Shown here piece after piece: positions 39,014 through 51,451 of a stretch of 64,000 nucleotides of DNA (position 1 is its first letter; each line of letters begins with the position of its first letter). Under the pieces are notes generated by a model. It was given only the letters and a program-made list of their open reading frames with translations. It made no database searches and was not told where the DNA came from. Position numbers and translations under genes: made by a program. Source of the stretch: Balanoglossus misakiensis. Lineage: Eukaryota > Animalia > Hemichordata. Where the stretch lies: contig CM082586.2 in the NCBI GenBank assembly GCA_040954595.2, positions 4,223,125-4,287,124 on the forward strand, in the 5' to 3' direction.

Positions 39014-39272
39014 CGAACGCTTGTTGACGCGCGATGACGTATGTGAGAGGCTAGTTCTCTTGAAAATGTTTTGCCATATCCATGATGATTCGACGCACAA
39101 CCTCCAGAACACAGACAAGTGTCCTGGCACATCCCACGAAATGAGAATTTTCTGGGTTACCTTTCGCTATTTGGTGACATTTTAACAAGTCCAGCGGTCA
39201 ATGACTCGACTGAATCGTCTATATGGTACTGCCGCAAGCGACCAATAATTAATCTACGTTTGTTTTTATGTG

Positions 39273-39390
<118 letters not shown>

Positions 39391-39960
39391 GATTGCACCG
39401 TCCCTGTGACTATGGATGAAAACCCCTATCTATAAGAACCACGGCGTCTAAGAACCACGACGGCTATGCTTGAAAATCTATTTTCAATAGAGATTGAAAG
39501 AAAACCTCTATTTGATTGATGCTAATTGTGTTATATATGATATAGATTAAAATGTATGCTTATGTAACTCTTCTATTCTAAAGGCGGAAATAAAGAAACA
39601 AGAACAATACTACACAGTCCCGGAAGAGCCAACACGCAGCAACGAATTCTAATTAAAAAAAAATACACGCCCTAATTAATGCGTTTGCAGTACATTTCGC
39701 TTTTATTGAGGGACTGTCGACTGTGATTTGAACAATAGTAACAATTCGTTGTTGTATAGACTGTCCATGGTTGATGTGTATTAGCTCTTCCGGGCCTATG
39801 TAATGTTTTCTATCGAATCGCGTCTGTAAATCGGGCATACGACCAACCATGGGGCGTGGTCATGTAAATCGTTGGTTCATTTTATCCAGGTATTAATACC
39901 GCTGTACCCAACAAGTTGAGCTGGAGTGTACTGTACTGTTCTTGGCGAGATCAGTAAACC

Positions 39961-42900
39961 ATGGAACTGTTTGGTTTCGAAGTATCCATACCGATAATTT
40001 TGCTCGTAGCGGTGGTGGTTTTACTTTACTTGTAAGTACATTTATTTAGAGTCTCTAGAACTGACACGTTTTGCATTATTTTCATGATTTTATTTTCCAA
40101 CTTAGATGGGTTCATCGAAATAAGCTAATACTGAGGTATAGGCCTACGTGAACATATCATCGACAGCCGATTGTGGCTGTACTGTAAAACACTTTATTTT
40201 CGCGAGTAGAAATTTTCGCGATATCGAGAGAGGCAACTGTTTCGCGAGTATTAATTTTCGCGTTCTCTTATTTCATTCACTGCATCGTTATCGCGACTTT
40301 TCATTTTCACGCTATGTATTGCTCGCGAAAATGAAGTGTTTTACATAATTATATACCATTCTTTAAACAAACCAATATGGCAAAAACAGCGGGTACGTAG
40401 TACGTGCACTGCGAGTATACAGACTTTTAATTGATCTAAATGCAATTATCCCAAAATAGTTCCAATCGCGTTCAATTTACAATCGGGCATTATACTCATT
40501 AAAATTATATAAAAATCTCTAGATATAAATTTTGAAAAAAACATACTGGTACAGGCAATAAAATTTGATACAGGTACCCGGTTAATTAAAAATAGAGGTT
40601 AATTAACTGTTAATTACGTATCTTACATTGAGTATGTTTCAATTTGAACGCGCTACAGTATATATTTAATCAGCCTCCATACAAACAGTACGCAGCTATC
40701 GTGGTATACGTCGCCAGTAGATGAAAAACTGATGCAAATGAAAGTAATATGGCTTAATGGTGAAGATTCACATTTTGGGGGCCAACCCATCCGATGTAAC
40801 ATGTTTCAATGCTTTTTTAAATCAAAGGTATGGAACATGGACATTCTCAACATTCAAGAACATGGGAATTCCTGGCCCGGCACCGCGACCTTTCTTTGGA
40901 AATTTGTTGCAGATGAAACAAGTAAGTTAGTCTTGCTCTAAGACTGTGTGATACTGAAATGCGCGTATAACAAAAATAAATCTGACTTCTTCAATATATT
41001 ATTAATTCAAAATTATTTTTTTATGTAAAGGGTTACTTCAAGAAGGATATTGAGTGGATAAACAAATATGGAAAGATCTTTGGGTAAGTGAAAATCGTAA
41101 CAAATCATAACCCAGAAACTTTAGCTGGAGTATTATCTGTTATTTTGATCGTTCCTTGAGACTTCTTCGCTCCTGCTTTTTATTGGTGAGATTTAGTTTC
41201 TATCTCCAGCGTCAAAAAAAATGAAAATCACTTACTTTTGTCTGTCTAAATCGCCGAGACTCACGAATCGTGTGGTATGTTTTGTCCGTTTTCAAAGCGT
41301 GTATGAAGGACCGACGCCGATTCTGATATTTGGCGACCCAGAGCTTGTCAAACAAGTCTGCGTCAAACACTTCACATCCTTTTACAACAGAAGGGTAAGT
41401 TTGCTTCATTTATAACTAAACAGGTAGTGTAAAAGAATGACGTCATAGTTCTTGCGTGATTCAAAGTTTACATTGTATTGTGCGGCAAAATAATATTTAT
41501 GACGCCATGTTAGTCTGTTCCATGATGCCTCACCTTTTATTTAATGTCTATTAATTTTTAAAAATAACACGAACAGTATATATTCTTTGTTAAGTTTCAC
41601 ACCATCTTCTGTAAGGTAATTAATACCTGACGCTGCACATCAATGCATTAAGCACTTGTAACATTTACAGTACGTTTTAATTTTGAACGGTGCTAATTCT
41701 TATAAGCAATGATATATTTAGGCTGACTTGATTTTATCTTAACTTGTAGCCCTTCCTTTTCGCCAATAAACCACTTGACACTGGTGTCCACGCTCTTCGT
41801 GGTGAAAAATGGAAGAGAACGAGGAATATATTGACGCCTGCATTTACTGCCTCCAAAATGAGAATGGTAAGGCTGTGTTTTCTCATTTATTTTCTTGCCA
41901 TACGCATACGACACAGGGCTTAACATATATAGCTAGTACGTGCGTGTGGTTGAGTTTCAACATTATTTTTCACAGATGACGCCCATTGTCAACAGTAATG
42001 CAGATCCAATGATGAGAATTTTGCGTAAACACAGCGAAGAAAGTGAGCCTGTACTTTGTAATGAGTAAGTACTCGCTGAGATTTCACTACCTGTACGCAG
42101 CTGTACCGTTGGGGGGGGGGGGGCTGCGGATTACTCCCACGGTACGTCAAACTTTACAGAAAGCTTGATGACGTCATAACAGAAATTCGTGACGTTGCGC
42201 GTTCACGTTCGCGTTAAACCAGTAGCCGAACCAGAAAGAGAGAGAGAGCTACATGTAGGAAATCTTTGCATCTACCTTTTTGCGACTACACTGACTGAGC
42301 CAATCAAACGAGTCAGGGAAAACACATGTTGTGTAGTGACTCTCGAACAAACTATCGATCTGTCACTTGTTAGCCTGAGATACCCCGAAAGCAAGCGATT
42401 GCCAAGTGAAACAGTTGAGCTTTGGCAAGTTGAAAAAAGAACAAATCCCGGATAAAACTTAAACGGGACAATTAAAGCATTGCCGTTCCTTTTACATCTA
42501 ACACGTCTGTTTATAATTCAGCCTATTCGGTAGTTTTGTGTCGGACGTCGTCGCTAGTACTGGGTTTGGTGTCGAAATTAACACCCAAGAAAACCCTGAT
42601 CATCCCTTCACCAAGAACGCCGAGCAGGTTAATACAGGAACCCCTTTCATGCCTTTGGTGTTGATGACGTGTGAGTATTCTTAGTAGGTATTTTTCCTTC
42701 TTAATTATCTGCCTCTTCTCTTTCTAAAGGGGTAGAGAACCTCGTCAACTATTCTGACTACCGTAAATAAAGAAAAGGGCAAAGTTATGTGTCAAGATCA
42801 ACATCCTGAAGGCAGATTTCTCCTGTAGAAAATTGATTTAGGAGGAACTTTTTGTCTAATATCAATGTTTGCAATTTATTCTAAGGACGAATGGTGTAAA

Positions 42901-45278
42901 GAAAACAAAGCTTTAATTCGAACAATCATACTAATGAAAAAAATCCCTTATCCATCTTTAATACTGCAGTGTTGTTTCCACGCTCTGCGTCACTTCTCAA
43001 TTGGTTGAATATTTCACATATTCCAAGGAAGCCCATTCAGTACTTCATTGACCTAGCTGAAGACACAATCGCATTGAGGAAAAATCAGGATGCTTCAAAT
43101 AAGGTGAGAATTGTATCACTGTACATAATTTATTTATACATGGTCTATGGCGTTGCTGAAAAACTTGAGATAATCACAACTTCTAATATGAAACAGACTA
43201 CTGATATTTTGCCTATTTAATTATATTTACCGCTACAAAATATGTATCTAGATAGAATACCGTATGCAAATCACAAACTATATATTCCAGAGGGTAGACT
43301 TTCTGCAATTGATGTTAGATGCACATGATGTGTATGAAGAGTACATCAAAGGAAATGAAGCAGAAGAGGACGAAAATGGAGTTAAACTGGTCAAAGATGG
43401 CAAACCACACACAGGCGATTTGCATAAAGGGTTTACAAAAGAAGAAATATTGGGACAGGTACGCTTTTGGGGTTTCACACCCTGGCATTTATGGGCCATG
43501 GTGGGCGGAAGTTGGTCCTGGCGCTTTTTTTCCCATGATTCAAATTACAGTAAACGCCATATTGGAAATTCTGCCAACTTTCTCTCGATTTTGTAAAAAA
43601 TCGCGCGACTTATACATGGCGAACATGTTTTTTCTGAAAGAGTGACCTCAAAGCTACCAAATTATGTAGAAATCAGCTACGCCGGATTTCCCCTTTAATA
43701 CGGTAAATACATAAAAAAAAGTTTTGGCAGCTATGCAATGAAGTCTATTAGGAAGGAGGCAAATACTAATGGCATGTCAGTGTGACTGTAGAATCTGACA
43801 TTTGACCGTTCTTTGTAAAATTATCTTTGCAGGCGTTGACCTTTTATACGGCTACGTATCACACGACAAGCACTTTGTTGAGCTTTGTTTCTTATGCCAT
43901 GGCAACCACACCAGAAGTGCAGGATAAGTTGTGTGCTGAAATTGATGACGTCATGGCCAACTATGACGAACCGACCTATGAGGCTATCTCCAAGATGCCA
44001 TATTTGGAAATGGTCATCTGTGAAACTCTAAGAATGTATCCTCCTTCGACAAGGTGAGATGGGTACCAATCTGACCCTTGACCTGTTGACAGCATAATTG
44101 TCCCATCGGCCTCGCAGCTCGCATCGAGTTCAAAAGTCATGACGACGGCGTGAGGGCGCTTGACTTGAGAAAAGGGCGTATTGGCCTACAGTGTTTGCCA
44201 CTTACATATAACTGTAATACCTCACCGATATCATTGACTTCTTTTCAGGTTTACCAGAGTATGTAATGAAGATGTCACTATTGCTGGTGTACACATTCCT
44301 AAAGGCATGATGGTTAGTTTTCCGATATATGCGATCCACCACAATCCGGCCATCTACCCAGAACCAGAAAAACTCATCCCAGAAAGGTAACAATTTTACC
44401 AGGTTTCTCAAAATCTCGGCAAGATTTGTGGTTGCATTTACAGATTAAAAGTTAAATGTTTTATCTTTTCTTCGATTCCGTCAAAATAGGCCACTCTGTA
44501 GATTTGAATTATGTATTATATTTTTGTTTTGAAAATATGCATTAAAATATATTCATTAAGACATAGTACATGTAATGTCTAAAATGGTACATGTATTTTC
44601 TGTGGACTGCAACTGTAAGCTAAGTACTTATAACCTATGCAGCACCACGTGATGACAGACATAACATTGTAATTTCATCCAAACCCCCACTCGGTTTATC
44701 TGTTTAACGTCAAAACGTTTATTTAGATTCACCAAGGAAGAAAAGGAGAAACGCCATCCTTATGCATGGATACCATTTGGAGCTGGACCTCGAAATTGTA
44801 TTGGAATGAGATTTGCTCTCCTGGAAACTAAAATTTCACTGGTCCGTATCTTCCAGAAGTTCACATTCGAGCCATGTGCAGAGACAGAGGTAAGATAAAC
44901 ATGATACTGGGAGTGTGGGATCGCCGGGCCCAAACTTTTTAGAGCTTCGTAAATCCGAAAGTAAAAAAAAACAAACGATGTCAAATATACAAAATTTATG
45001 AAAATTGCGCGAATCATGCGAGAACTATGACGTCATTCTCTTACACTACGGCGGCCAGAGAAATAAACTAAAATCGCAAAATATATTTTTCCCTACCTAC
45101 CCACCCTTTTTTTCGAAAAACATGTAATCAGAACAGCACATATTTTTTTTTTTGCCTTACTTAAATATTTCTTCATTTTCTACGTTTGACATTCTCCCAG
45201 ATCCCCATGAAACTTGGAACATCTATAATGTTATCACCTCCAAACGGAATTAAAGTGGGTGTGAAGGAAAGACGGTGA
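39961..45278 (+). CDS. Cytochrome P450, CYP3 clan (CYP3A-like), 13 exons, ~523 aa
   Basis: Exons: 39961-40031, 40828-40921, 41031-41083, 41298-41394, 41750-41866, 41976-42064, 42522-42670, 42970-43103, 43291-43458, 43833-44053, 44249-44386, 44727-44889, 45201-45278. All GT-AG and phase-compatible, 1572 nt. Shows N-terminal TM anchor, GIPGP hinge, WKRTR (WxxxR), RVDFLQLM, ETLR (ExxR), PERF and heme motif FGAGPRNCIG. Most intron positions resemble vertebrate CYP3A. Confidence 0.93.
40180..40347. mobile_element. MITE-like element in CYP intron 1
   Basis: TIRs TGTAAAACACTTTATTTTCGCGAG (40183-40206) and CTCGCGAAAATGAAGTGTTTTACA (40322-40345), 23/24 match; internal TTTCGCG subrepeats; TA-flanked. 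Confidence 0.8.
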
Positions 45279-46963
45279 AACGTACGCCCAGATCATTGGA
45301 CAGAAGTCGTACAGTAACGATTCAGTCAAAGACGTAAAGCTACAATTTTTTTTAAATCCGACAAATATGTTACTAAATCATGAAACTGCATGATCGTATT
45401 CACAATAAGAGTGTTTTATTCGTGCTGGCTGATTTTTGTACTCGATGGAAATATTTCGATTTTTTTTCAATACTGGATGTGGCTTACATATACATGTATA
45501 CTAATTAAGGTATCAAAAATCTTTTTTTTTTGCGACAACGGTTGTGTCTGTAAAGTATTAGTTCTACACATCTGCGTCGTTTGAATTCAGAAAGAAATTT
45601 AGGCACATTACCAACACCTTGCTTGGTTATATTATGCCTCTGCACAACCGTAGTAAAACAAATGCTTGTGACTAACCATAACCACATATCTGTTGTTCAA
45701 GAGCAAGCTCAATTTTATCTAGATTTTGTTATCCCTCTTTTGAGTTCTAGAATGCTCCAAATAATTTGGATTCCGCTCTTGTTTGTACACGTTCAAAAGC
45801 CTTTGGACAAAACAAAAGCCTATTATGTATTATCCTTGTAAAAATGACTGATTCAATTTCAATGCATAGATTTTGTCGGTCTATTAATATATTTCGTGCT
45901 TTCAACCTGTCAGAGCATGTATTGGTACACAATATGTCGAGTTCCAAAGATTACCAGGTGATCAGTCTAATTAGCATGTGAATTTATTTTTCTTTTGGCC
46001 CGTTGTCATGATTTTCAATATTAAAGATTTCTCCAGATATTGTGAACTTTAAACTTTATGTCCAGAATGTTTTCAAGGGGGAACAAGGTATAGTGTTCTT
46101 AACCTTAAAGTGCATACTAATTACATGACGGGCCAAAGTCACTTAGTATCTGTAAGGCTATTCATGTTCTGCTCAATCACCAGTTATTTCATGTTCTGCT
46201 CAATCACCAGTTACCACTCTAGGCCTATGTGGACGTAACACTTGCATGAATGCTTTCAAAATTTTTGGGTCAATTGCATCATAGCCGTTCTGTAAAGGCA
46301 TTCATTTTCGCTGGGAATAAAATTTCATAGTTTTGATGTTAAGCGCACACTGACTTGTTTTAACCATTGTTCGTTCACAGATTGTAGCTAACAGAGGGGG
46401 TCTGGCAGCCAGTCAGACCCCCTAGCTAGATTGGAATTATCCACTTGCTACAATCTCTGTACAACAGAAAACCGTTCATGGAGAGATGATGGCATAGCAT
46501 TTTCTTTATTACTGTCATGGCCTCAGATTTCTTAAACTTACTAGCACAGTGACCAGTATTAGAGTACTTTTTCACTGCAGAATTTGACAACTCTCACAAG
46601 AAAATGAAAAATCCACCACTATTAAAAGAAATGGCAAACATACTTTCAACTTTTACTGATAGTACGTAGATCTTTAAAACCCCATAAGCTGCCACTTTTA
46701 GTAATTTTTTTTATAATGAAATACCTTCATCTACCGGTACTCTTTATCCTTAGCCGACGGACAATGCCATTTTGAATTTGTGACTATTCTGATATGTTGT
46801 GTACTCTGGCAATGGAAGGCTGAATAAACAGGTGTGGCACCTATTTATTATTAAACTTACTGGTACACAGTGAAACATACAGAAATAAAAGACTGGTTGA
46901 TAGGTGGACCAAACCACATTTGAAAGTAAGAATTATGAAAATAATGCAAAAAAATAATGTTGT

Positions 46964-48598
46964 TTAAATACTGGGGTCTTCTGGTGAAAGTTTGGCATCA
47001 GGGTGGTGGGCTGACTTGTGTCGGACCATATCCCGTTTGTAGACGTATTCTTTATCGCAAAGATCGCACGCAAAACGCTTCTTTCCCGTGTGCTTGTGTT
47101 TATGTCCCAGGAGGCTGTCGTTGCGATTGAACGACTCCCCGCATTCGTCACACTCGTATTTCTTGGGTTTCTTCTGCAACTGCTTGAGTTCTTGGAGTCG
47201 GGAGATTTTCGGGGCGATTTTGATGATGGGCGCCTCCGGCGGCAGGGCGGCCGGCGGCATCACGGCGTGCACCTGGCGTCTGTGCCGGTGCAGGTCGCCC
47301 CTGTAGAAGAAGCCTTTGCAACAGCGGTCGCACACGTACGGCCGCTGGCCCGTGTGCGTGTAGCGGTGCTGGCGGAAGCAGTCGCGGGAGGAGAAGCCCT
47401 TGCCGCAGTGGTCGCAGCGGAACGGGCACTCCTCCAGGTGGGTCAGCTGGTGGCGCGAGAGGTCGCGGCGGTAGCTGTACGCCTTGCCGCACGTCCCGCA
47501 CCGGTGGGGTTTCACCCCCGTGTGGCAGACCGAGTGCTCGCGGAGATAGTCCGGCCGGATGAAGCTCTTGCCGCACTCGGCGCACACGTAGAGGTCGGTG
47601 CCCGTGTGCACCTTCATGTGGTCCTTCAGCGACTTGGGGTACACGTACGACTTCCCGCACTCCCGGCAGATGTAGCGCTTCTCCGAGGAGTGGCTGGCCC
47701 GCGCGTGGTCGCCCAGCTCCTTGACGGACGAGAAGATCAGCCCGCAGAACTTGCACACGCAGACTTTGGACTGGGAATGGAAAATGGCGTGCTTGTTGAG
47801 AGCGCGCTTGCTGCGGAACGTCATCGCGCAAGTATGACATCCGTACGCTCCAGTGTCAGCCGTTTCGTCACCGCTCTCCTCCTCCTCCATGTTGCCGCGG
47901 GCAACAGCATCGTCATCTGCTTCGTCCTGCCCCGTTTCGATGTGTCCGTTCGAGTGAATGGCGCCATCTCCTGTTTCAGTTTTGACAGGATCTGTCGGCC
48001 TGTCCTCCCTGTCAGGGAGTGACTGTCCTCCCGCCGACTGCAAGGCCTTCACCTTATCCAGGATGGAGCCGGAACACATGTTCACGAAATCGTTGCACCC
48101 TTTGCAGAGCGACGGCACTCGGAAGAAAGCGGCCGCCGTCTGCAGAGGCTGGAGGTTGTCCAGGGTCAGGTCGATTTTCCCCGTGTACAGGAACTGCAGA
48201 AGCGCGTCCACAGTGGACGCGGCGATCTGCGTGATGGCCACTTCGTCGGCCTCCGGGCGCGACTGGAACATGGTCAGGAAAAACTCGCTGGCGCTCGCCA
48301 AGACCACCTTGTGACACAGAAACTCCCTCTCCTCCACGATCACCTTGACGTCGGTCAACATCCCCTGGCATCGCAGAAAGTTCAGCTGATGCATCATGGA
48401 GGTGTTGTACGTCGGCTCGACGAAAGTCCAACTCACTAAGCCAGGCAGTCGTCCAAACCTGCTGGTTATTAAATCTCTAGGAACAGTTTCTCTCTGACCG
48501 GCATCCCCTTGGGCAATGTGGATTACAATTGATGGGTTATTAGCATTTATGTTATTGAAGTGCTCATTCGTGGCTTGGCTAATCTCCATTGTTTTCAT
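46964..48598 (-). CDS. BTB/POZ domain + 9 C2H2 zinc-finger protein (ZBTB-like), single coding exon, 544 aa
   Basis: BTB signature LNFLRCQGMLTDVKVIVEEREFLCHKVVLASASEFF...LLQFLYTG; nine CxxC...HxxxH fingers with TGxxPY-type linkers. Acceptor (ttgccag) at 48602-48604; candidate 5' non-coding exon donor AG|GTAAGT at 49104. Confidence 0.92.
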   Translation of the reverse strand: MKTMEISQATNEHFNNINANNPSIVIHIAQGDAGQRETVPRDLITSRFGRLPGLVSWTFVEPTYNTSMMHQLNFLRCQGMLTDVKVIVEEREFLCHKVVLASASEFFLTMFQSRPEADEVAITQIAASTVDALLQFLYTGKIDLTLDNLQPLQTAAAFFRVPSLCKGCNDFVNMCSGSILDKVKALQSAGGQSLPDREDRPTDPVKTETGDGAIHSNGHIETGQDEADDDAVARGNMEEEESGDETADTGAYGCHTCAMTFRSKRALNKHAIFHSQSKVCVCKFCGLIFSSVKELGDHARASHSSEKRYICRECGKSYVYPKSLKDHMKVHTGTDLYVCAECGKSFIRPDYLREHSVCHTGVKPHRCGTCGKAYSYRRDLSRHQLTHLEECPFRCDHCGKGFSSRDCFRQHRYTHTGQRPYVCDRCCKGFFYRGDLHRHRRQVHAVMPPAALPPEAPIIKIAPKISRLQELKQLQKKPKKYECDECGESFNRNDSLLGHKHKHTGKKRFACDLCDKEYVYKRDMVRHKSAHHPDAKLSPEDPSI

Positions 48599-50251
48599 AA
48601 TCTGGCAATGAAATGAAAGCAGAATAAAATTAAGTTATCACAGTACATTCAGGCTTTTCATTGTTTCAATGATCAGATGAAGAGTGAAATTCCAAATTAT
48701 CTGAAAGTCCCAACCATTGTGACCTCCACTGACCTCACTGAACTCGACAGGTCTTGTTCGGCCACGCCCACCCTGTCTCGACAGACCCCCAGCAGAGCCC
48801 AGACGAGCCGCAAGCTCAAGTTACTACGGAGCAAAGCACGGCCGCGCACACCGGTTCCACCTTGTACCACGTGTAAATTCTCACTCAAAAGTAGCGCCTC
48901 TACAGCTGAATATCTTTCTCTGACATTAGAACAGAGCCACTGCATGGCATCACCAATGTTTATATCAAATGCTATCGCCATTTTGTGCGTCTGTCGACAG
49001 TCTCACCCGCGCGCCGTTGCGTGCACGCTCCAATATCATTGCACATAACCTCAATTTTACGTGACAACTAAACTGCACTACTTGCTGTTATCGAGGAACT
49101 TACCTAGAATAAGGCGGCTCCGGAATTAAAGCGTGACATAGGCAGTTACGAGTGTTTTCAAAAGAAAATTTATCAAATAGGCGAGGCCACAAAACCGGGC
49201 ACTATGCATGTATATTACGCGTAATTGTCAACCGTAGGAGGCGCACTGCAATAAACAAGATCCGCGTCAGCTGCGCGCGCACGCAGGAACATTTCACCGT
49301 GCCCACGGCAATATCAGTGAAAACCCGATATTACTTTCTCTTTGAAGCGAAAATGACCCAAAACAAAATGCTAAACTTTTATAGGGGCAATATCTTTGTT
49401 TGATAATCAGTCCTCGACAGACCATGGTCTACGATACCATGTACGGACGTGTTTTTTCCACGCGAAGAAAGTTTTTACCATAAGGATTTGTCCCTATATG
49501 GACTATTACTTATTCGAATACAAAACCATCAGTTACGTTTAATAGATTTCTTCTTTGTGGATTGAGGTTACCTTTCCACTTACAATGTACTATTATATTT
49601 GAAACAAAATAAAAGCCATAATACACTACGACTTGAAAAACTCTTGACAACTGTGTATGCCATGTGCATTTCAATCATCATATCTTGGATAGTACGCCCC
49701 CTTGAGTCAACTTTCTGAATATAACCTCTGACCCGAATCGTGGCGTCAACCAGCTCATCAGTGGGTACGGGCTACAAATTCAGTGATCCTGTAAAAAGGA
49801 AAGAAAGGTGAGATATATTTTACCGTTAGTTGCAGTGCACATGTAGTACTTACACGGTGTACAGGCGACAGAATCTCTGACTGCAAGGCTGTGCCACAGG
49901 CGGCTCCATAGTTGCGCTTACAGTTATACCAGACCTAATATTTAGGGCCACAGATTCTTCTATATGGATTGTTTATATCGTGGCAGATAGTGCATTAAAA
50001 ACAGGAAAGTTTAGCCATCGTGTTAAACCTCAAGGTTTGGCCCGGTAATGCCACAGGTAAAACGTCACAACCCCAACACCAAGGCAAAAGACAGACATCA
50101 TCATGGTAACCATGACAACATTTAGAATCAGTGTTTATTGTGCTTTGCCACCAACATTTCAGTCCGTGCACCGAATTAAGATTAGCCCGAGACAGGTAAT
50201 GATATCAAAATGTGTATCTTTTCAGGATATAAATGAATTTGGCTGTATACT

Positions 50252-51451
50252 ATGGAAACACTGGAAGTTCTGTGCAATGATAATCAAACACATGTAACCA
50301 TGGAAACTGAGAATTCATGCTATGTAGTGGTGGAGGAAGGTGTCGAAGACGGCATCGCCTTGTTGCATCGCGATACGAGTGTCGATGAACATGCAGAGAA
50401 TCATGAGGAGGACGAGCGCAAAGAACTCGCTTCACACAACAAACAGAAAGCCAAACGTGTCAGTACAATATCCCTCAAGTCAGAGGCAACCTGGAAGTAC
50501 ATAGGAGAAGGCCATGGCCAGGCCGTGCTCTCGCGTTTTTCAAAGCTGAGAGAGCAGTGCCTGCTGGTCGACGTGGTCATAAGCGTGAACAAGAGAAAGT
50601 TTCCCTGCCACAAAGCCATTCTTGCCAGCTGCAGCGACTTCTTCTGCGAGATTTTCACCCAGTCCGCCAAGAGGCACCCGGAACGGAGCGGCGCGAAGTT
50701 GGAGACGTTTGTCGTCAAGGAAATTCCCGTGACCACCATGGAGCAGTTCTTGGAGTTTGCGTACTCCGGGTCGGTCTCCATCAACAGGAAGAATGTGCAG
50801 AACTTGCAGACTGCCGCCGAGTTCTTCAAAGTGCCCCTGCTCGCCCGGGGGTGCACTGAGTTCATTCAGAATTACATGTACACGGTAACCATGAGTGGGG
50901 ATCCGGTTGTAACCGGTTCGCTGAGTTCCTCTGGAAATCTGGTTGCAACCGGTTCGCTGAGTCCCGCTGGGTCGAGCGTGTCAAATCAGGAGACTCGTGA
51001 GGCGGCCGAGACTGCCACTACACACAATGGGGAAGAGAGCCACTTATTCATCTGCGGGAAGTGCAGCAGGACATTCCAGACCAAGTTGATTCTCAGTCGG
51101 CACCTGAAAGCCCACGGGGCCGAGGGGGACGAGAAGAACAAGTCCGACCGGGACTCGAGCGGCTCGTCAATACACGTGCCCCGCAGGATCAGGGGCACGA
51201 GGGACCCCAAGCAGCAGATTCACAAGTGCGACAAGTGCGGACGCGGCTACAAGTACAAGCACAGTCTGCGCGAACACAAGCGGAAGCACGACAAGTGGTA
51301 TCCGTGTACGCAATGCGACAAATCGTTCGGACGCAAGGATCACCTGGAGGGCCACAAAGTAAAACACATGGAGAAGTCGAAGCGATTTAATTGCACAAAG
51401 TGTCAGCAGGCAGTCGGCAGCCTGAAAGAACTCAAAAAACATCTTTGTTAA
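50252..51451 (+). CDS. BTB/POZ domain + C2H2 zinc-finger protein (3 full fingers and a terminal CxxC...H-x-C finger), 399 aa
   Basis: BTB signature FSKLREQCLLVDVVISVNKRKFPCHKAILASCSDFF...FLEFAYSG; acceptor tcttttcag at ~50225 just upstream; divergent from the 46964-48598 gene. Confidence 0.9.
   Translation: METLEVLCNDNQTHVTMETENSCYVVVEEGVEDGIALLHRDTSVDEHAENHEEDERKELASHNKQKAKRVSTISLKSEATWKYIGEGHGQAVLSRFSKLREQCLLVDVVISVNKRKFPCHKAILASCSDFFCEIFTQSAKRHPERSGAKLETFVVKEIPVTTMEQFLEFAYSGSVSINRKNVQNLQTAAEFFKVPLLARGCTEFIQNYMYTVTMSGDPVVTGSLSSSGNLVATGSLSPAGSSVSNQETREAAETATTHNGEESHLFICGKCSRTFQTKLILSRHLKAHGAEGDEKNKSDRDSSGSSIHVPRRIRGTRDPKQQIHKCDKCGRGYKYKHSLREHKRKHDKWYPCTQCDKSFGRKDHLEGHKVKHMEKSKRFNCTKCQQAVGSLKELKKHLC

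Noticed and set aside
48697-48981. 94-aa minus-strand ORF upstream of the first BTB-ZF gene
   Set aside because: No recognisable domain and no strong phase-0 donor to the BTB exon; the AAAATGGCG start is as easily a YY1 promoter motif.
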